Source of the DNA: the human T2T-CHM13v2.0 reference genome, Homo sapiens
Assembly (NCBI RefSeq): GCF_009914755.1
Contig: NC_060929.1
Strand: one strand, 5' to 3'
Length of the DNA: 64,000 nucleotides
The translations under genes and the position numbers were made by a program. Positions 60,627-64,000 of this stretch are shown piece by piece (the first letter of the stretch is position 1; every line of letters begins with the position of its first letter). The notes beneath the pieces are model-generated. The model did no database searches. It was not told where the DNA came from and saw nothing but the letters and a program-made list of their open reading frames with translations.

Positions 60627-60658
<32 letters not shown>
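60614..60658. repeat. Poly(T)/pyrimidine tract
   Basis: T-rich run ending in about 30 consecutive T, followed by AGCAG. Confidence 0.9.
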
Positions 60659-60660
<2 letters not shown>

Positions 60661-63600
60661 CAGAAATACAGTTTGTGATTCAGCCAATGAGTATAGAGGG
60701 ATATAAAAGTGTTTCAAGTGGATGATTCATTTTTATTTGAGATGTTTTTGTCTACTTCCCCAAATATTAATGTGTCATAATTCGTAAAAAGTCTGTAGAG
60801 GCAAAATATATTGCTGATATTATTTCCTCTGAAAATTACTGTGCTCTTTTAAAAAAATGAAGTCCTGGAAGTCAGCTGAGGTCAGACGATTGGTTTCTTA
60901 ATCTCGATAGCGTTTGGTCCTCACTGTTGGTTCAGAGACAGGTTTTAAGTCAAGATAATAATACTCAGCTTGAGTAACCACTGCATGATCAGACGGTTCA
61001 AGGTTAATTGTTTAAAATTTGTATTAATCAGTCAAAAATTGGTAATGTATGAACATAGGAAGCTTCCAAAACTACATGAGGATATACTATCTCGATGCCC
61101 TGCCTGTGGTCCCTGTCCTCGCTCAAAGGCAATTACCGTAAAGTTTCTTGTGATACATTTCAAAAACATTTACAGTGTATAAAAGAATATATGTGTATGT
61201 ACATATCTATGTATGCTTGTATATGTGACTGTTTACTTATGAACATAAATAGTAACATAAACAAAAATAATCACACCATCTAAAACAATCAGGTTGTCTC
61301 AAAGGCAGTTTTCTGGCAGCCGCAGCAGGAGAAGGTAGAGAGGATTCCTCCAGTGCCCCAGGGGTGGCTCCAGTTCCCAGTTGGCTTGGGCTCTGGCTGA
61401 ATGGAGCACCCCTCCCCAAGCATTCTTGACTGTGGCTCGCAGAGATAGAGTGCAAGGCCCAAAGCCCATCATCATTCCAATCTGTTCTCACCTTGCTATG
61501 GAGGAAGAAGTTTGTGACAGGAAAGAGTTAGAAAGGCATTAATAATGACGATGGTGACCAATTTGAGTAGCTCTTTGTAACCAACTTAGGAATGATCAGT
61601 GGTGCAGCCTTTGTGGTGGGGAAAATCAAAAGTCCATGGACTTGTCGAGGCATCCCCAAGTAGAAACAGAAGGAAAGTCTGGTAGTTTTGGAGCCATTCT
61701 CTGCCCACTGTTAGGGTCGTCTTGGGCTACATGGACCATAGCTCTGACTTGGAGAGTTGCCATCTGAAATAACCAGGCTGGTGAGCACCTTGGTAATCTT
61801 GGCTCCAAGGAAGCAGCTGCTGTGGAGGGGCTGTGGCAGTGAGATGAGGCTGAATGGCAGACAGAGGGGGCATTTGTAGGTAGACAGCTTCTGGAGGCAC
61901 CAGGGCCAGCTGCCCTGGGTTGCTGTCCCTGGGGAATCTGGAGCCTTCCTGTCACTCCAGGAAACCTGAACTGCAGGCACCAGGACTCTTTCAGTTCAGA
62001 CGCTCTTCCTTTGTCACGTCCAAAATTCATTTATTCATTCATTCATTTACTCATCCATCCATCCATTCACTGATTCAATTAATGTGTTTATGGAAGGTCT
62101 ACTCTGGGCGAAGCGCTCGCAGGTGCTGGGGTCTCAGAGGCAAACCATCCACACAGCCCTGCATTCACTGCCCTGATTGTGATTGCTAATCCCACCCCCA
62201 CCTCTGTTATCTGTCCTTCCTGACAGATAAGTCAGTGACACTTGGAGAACAGTGTGAGGAGTGCTGTGATGGGGAGATACCAAGTGCACAGAAGGTGAGG
62301 GGCCATCATCCACCTGGGGGTGGCCATGGGGACACTGCCAGGCTGCAAGCCAGGCCTGGGAAGCACTCCAGGCAGAGGGGACCAGAAGAGGCCCAGTGGA
62401 GGAAAAAGGCTGGCCCCTTAAGGGAATGACAGGCTGTTAACCTTCCCAGAGTGTCAGCTGTGAGAGGCCGTCCAGAGAAAGTGCAAGGGAGAGCATGTGG
62501 GTCGTTGCAAGCCAGGAAAGAGTGACCCTAGGCCATAGGGAGACATTGAGGCTTTGTAGGGTGGGAGTGAGGGGGGACTCGGTCTGGAGGTCATATGCTC
62601 TGAAAGCTCTGGGTAAAAGCTGGCAGGTCTGCATTTTGTTTGCCTTCTGTGGGCTCTGCAGCAGAGCAGGCCACAGCTGCTGGAGGGTGAGCTGTCTGCT
62701 GGTCTGAAGTGGCCCACAGCTCCTGCAGGGCCCGGGGCTGTGGGACAGAAGGCTCACACTCCAAGCTGGGCCCTGGCTGCCTCCGCCTTGCAGAGCAGAG
62801 CCAAGCCCAGACCCACAGGGGAACCTCTGTGGGCACCGGCATGGAATTTTCCTCTCAGAGTTTGACCCAGTTCCTGGCTGTTATTCAGTCACTCTGGATG
62901 AGCCTGTGGAATTCCAGAAAGGTTAGACATTAGAGAAGAGTGTTAATATTACCAGGATCTCACTTACACCCTGACTGAACAGCTCGAGGGCTTGGCTGAG
63001 CCACTTGTTCATCTCTAGGGATCCTTGTCCATCAGCCCCTTTCCCAGGGACATGTTGCACCCTGGAGGCTGCTGTGAGGTGCTGGCACCTCTCCTGAAGG
63101 AAGGCCACCTGATATCCTAGCCAGTGACAGAGGCCTGCACCAACTCTGATACCACAGTGCCCAGAGACTGAGGAAACTGGGGAAATGAAAAGGGTTGGTT
63201 TCTACCTTTACAAAATGACCACTTCTGTTTCTTAAACTTAGAAAATTATACAGGAATCAGAGTAGGTTTCTATCTGTGCCTGACAGTTCTCAAGTCATTT
63301 ACGTTTGTGTGGGAACTTGCTTTTAGGTGGTCGTTTCTTACCAGAGGATGCATTAAAGGCCAGCTCCTCCCCACAATCCCCCTCTCCAAAGCTTTTATCT
63401 GCTCTCATCATTTTCTGGGTCATGTTGTCATTGTTCCTGAAGGGGCCTTGTCTCTGCTAATGGGTTATAACTGCTTGAGAGTTGGAATCCCATCACATTT
63501 ATGAGCCGACACACAACACCAAGCAAGAAGATTGAGGGAGGAAAGGAAGATCATAGGCAGTGTTTGGGAAGCATCACATAATACTCCCTAGGGATGGAAG

Positions 63601-63759
63601 ACAAATACAGGTGTCATGGAGTAGCAAAGGCGGAGTTCATCAGCTCATCAGCACAGGCCATTCTTCCTGAGCATGCATCCTAGTGATGGAGGTTGAGTCC
63701 TACTCCCTATTAGGTGATAGACTATTGATAAGAACAAGGAGGGTGATGATGATAATCAG

Positions 63760-63980
63760 CAGTTAATACATGCTTGTACTGTATGCCAGGCACCGTGCAA
63801 GTGCCTGAAAAGCCTCATCTCATTTAGTCCCTCCAACATTCTTATCAGGTCAATTCTATTATTACCCGCCCCTTACAGTCGGGAAAATTGAGTTCTAGAG
63901 AGTTTGCCATTGGCCCAAGTGACTCAATGGCAAAGCCGTGCCTCAACCCCATGTCTGCAGAGTCTTAAGCACAGCTCGAG
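63760..63980 (-). mobile_element. MIR SINE
   Basis: TACTGTATGCCAGGCACCGTGCAAGTGC...TCATCTCATTTAGTCC...TTACAGTCGGGAAAATTGAG. Confidence 0.7.
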
Positions 63981-64000
63981 TTCTGTTCTCTGCCACTTTT

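Noticed and set aside
58652-64000. Final SLC25A48 coding exon (helix 6)
   Set aside because: No segment encoding the expected post-EGLK 'FFRG...' carrier motif was found; it is presumably just beyond the window.

Overview
Primate (very probably human) genomic DNA carrying the CpG-island promoter and coding exons 1-6 of SLC25A48 (SLC25 mitochondrial carrier, reported as a mitochondrial choline importer) on the + strand. These exons encode residues 1-271; the last coding exon(s) lie beyond the window. Introns and flanks hold mostly old repeats: L1M, L2, MIR, MaLR LTRs (including a full THE1B-type provirus), ERV1 solo LTRs, a near-full-length Tigger1, MER20, MER1B, MER45 and a half MADE1. I saw no Alu. 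Main discovery: upstream of SLC25A48, on the same strand, is a chain of six candidate exons (<1-35, 5837-6063, 6369-6460, 8917-9330, 10239-10509, 10607-~11085). All have canonical AG/GT ends and mutually compatible phases, and the chain ends at an AATAAA. They splice into one reading frame broken only by TGA codons, and the frame carries a repeated (F/Y)(F/Y)(R/C)(T/S)..EE(G/S)L motif. This looks like a decaying unitary pseudogene or an unrecognised gene that still holds a 244-codon spliced ORF. Second theme: an unusual number of short local templated duplications, including an inverted copy of promoter-upstream DNA inserted inside the THE1 element. All alignments and repeat family calls were made by eye.
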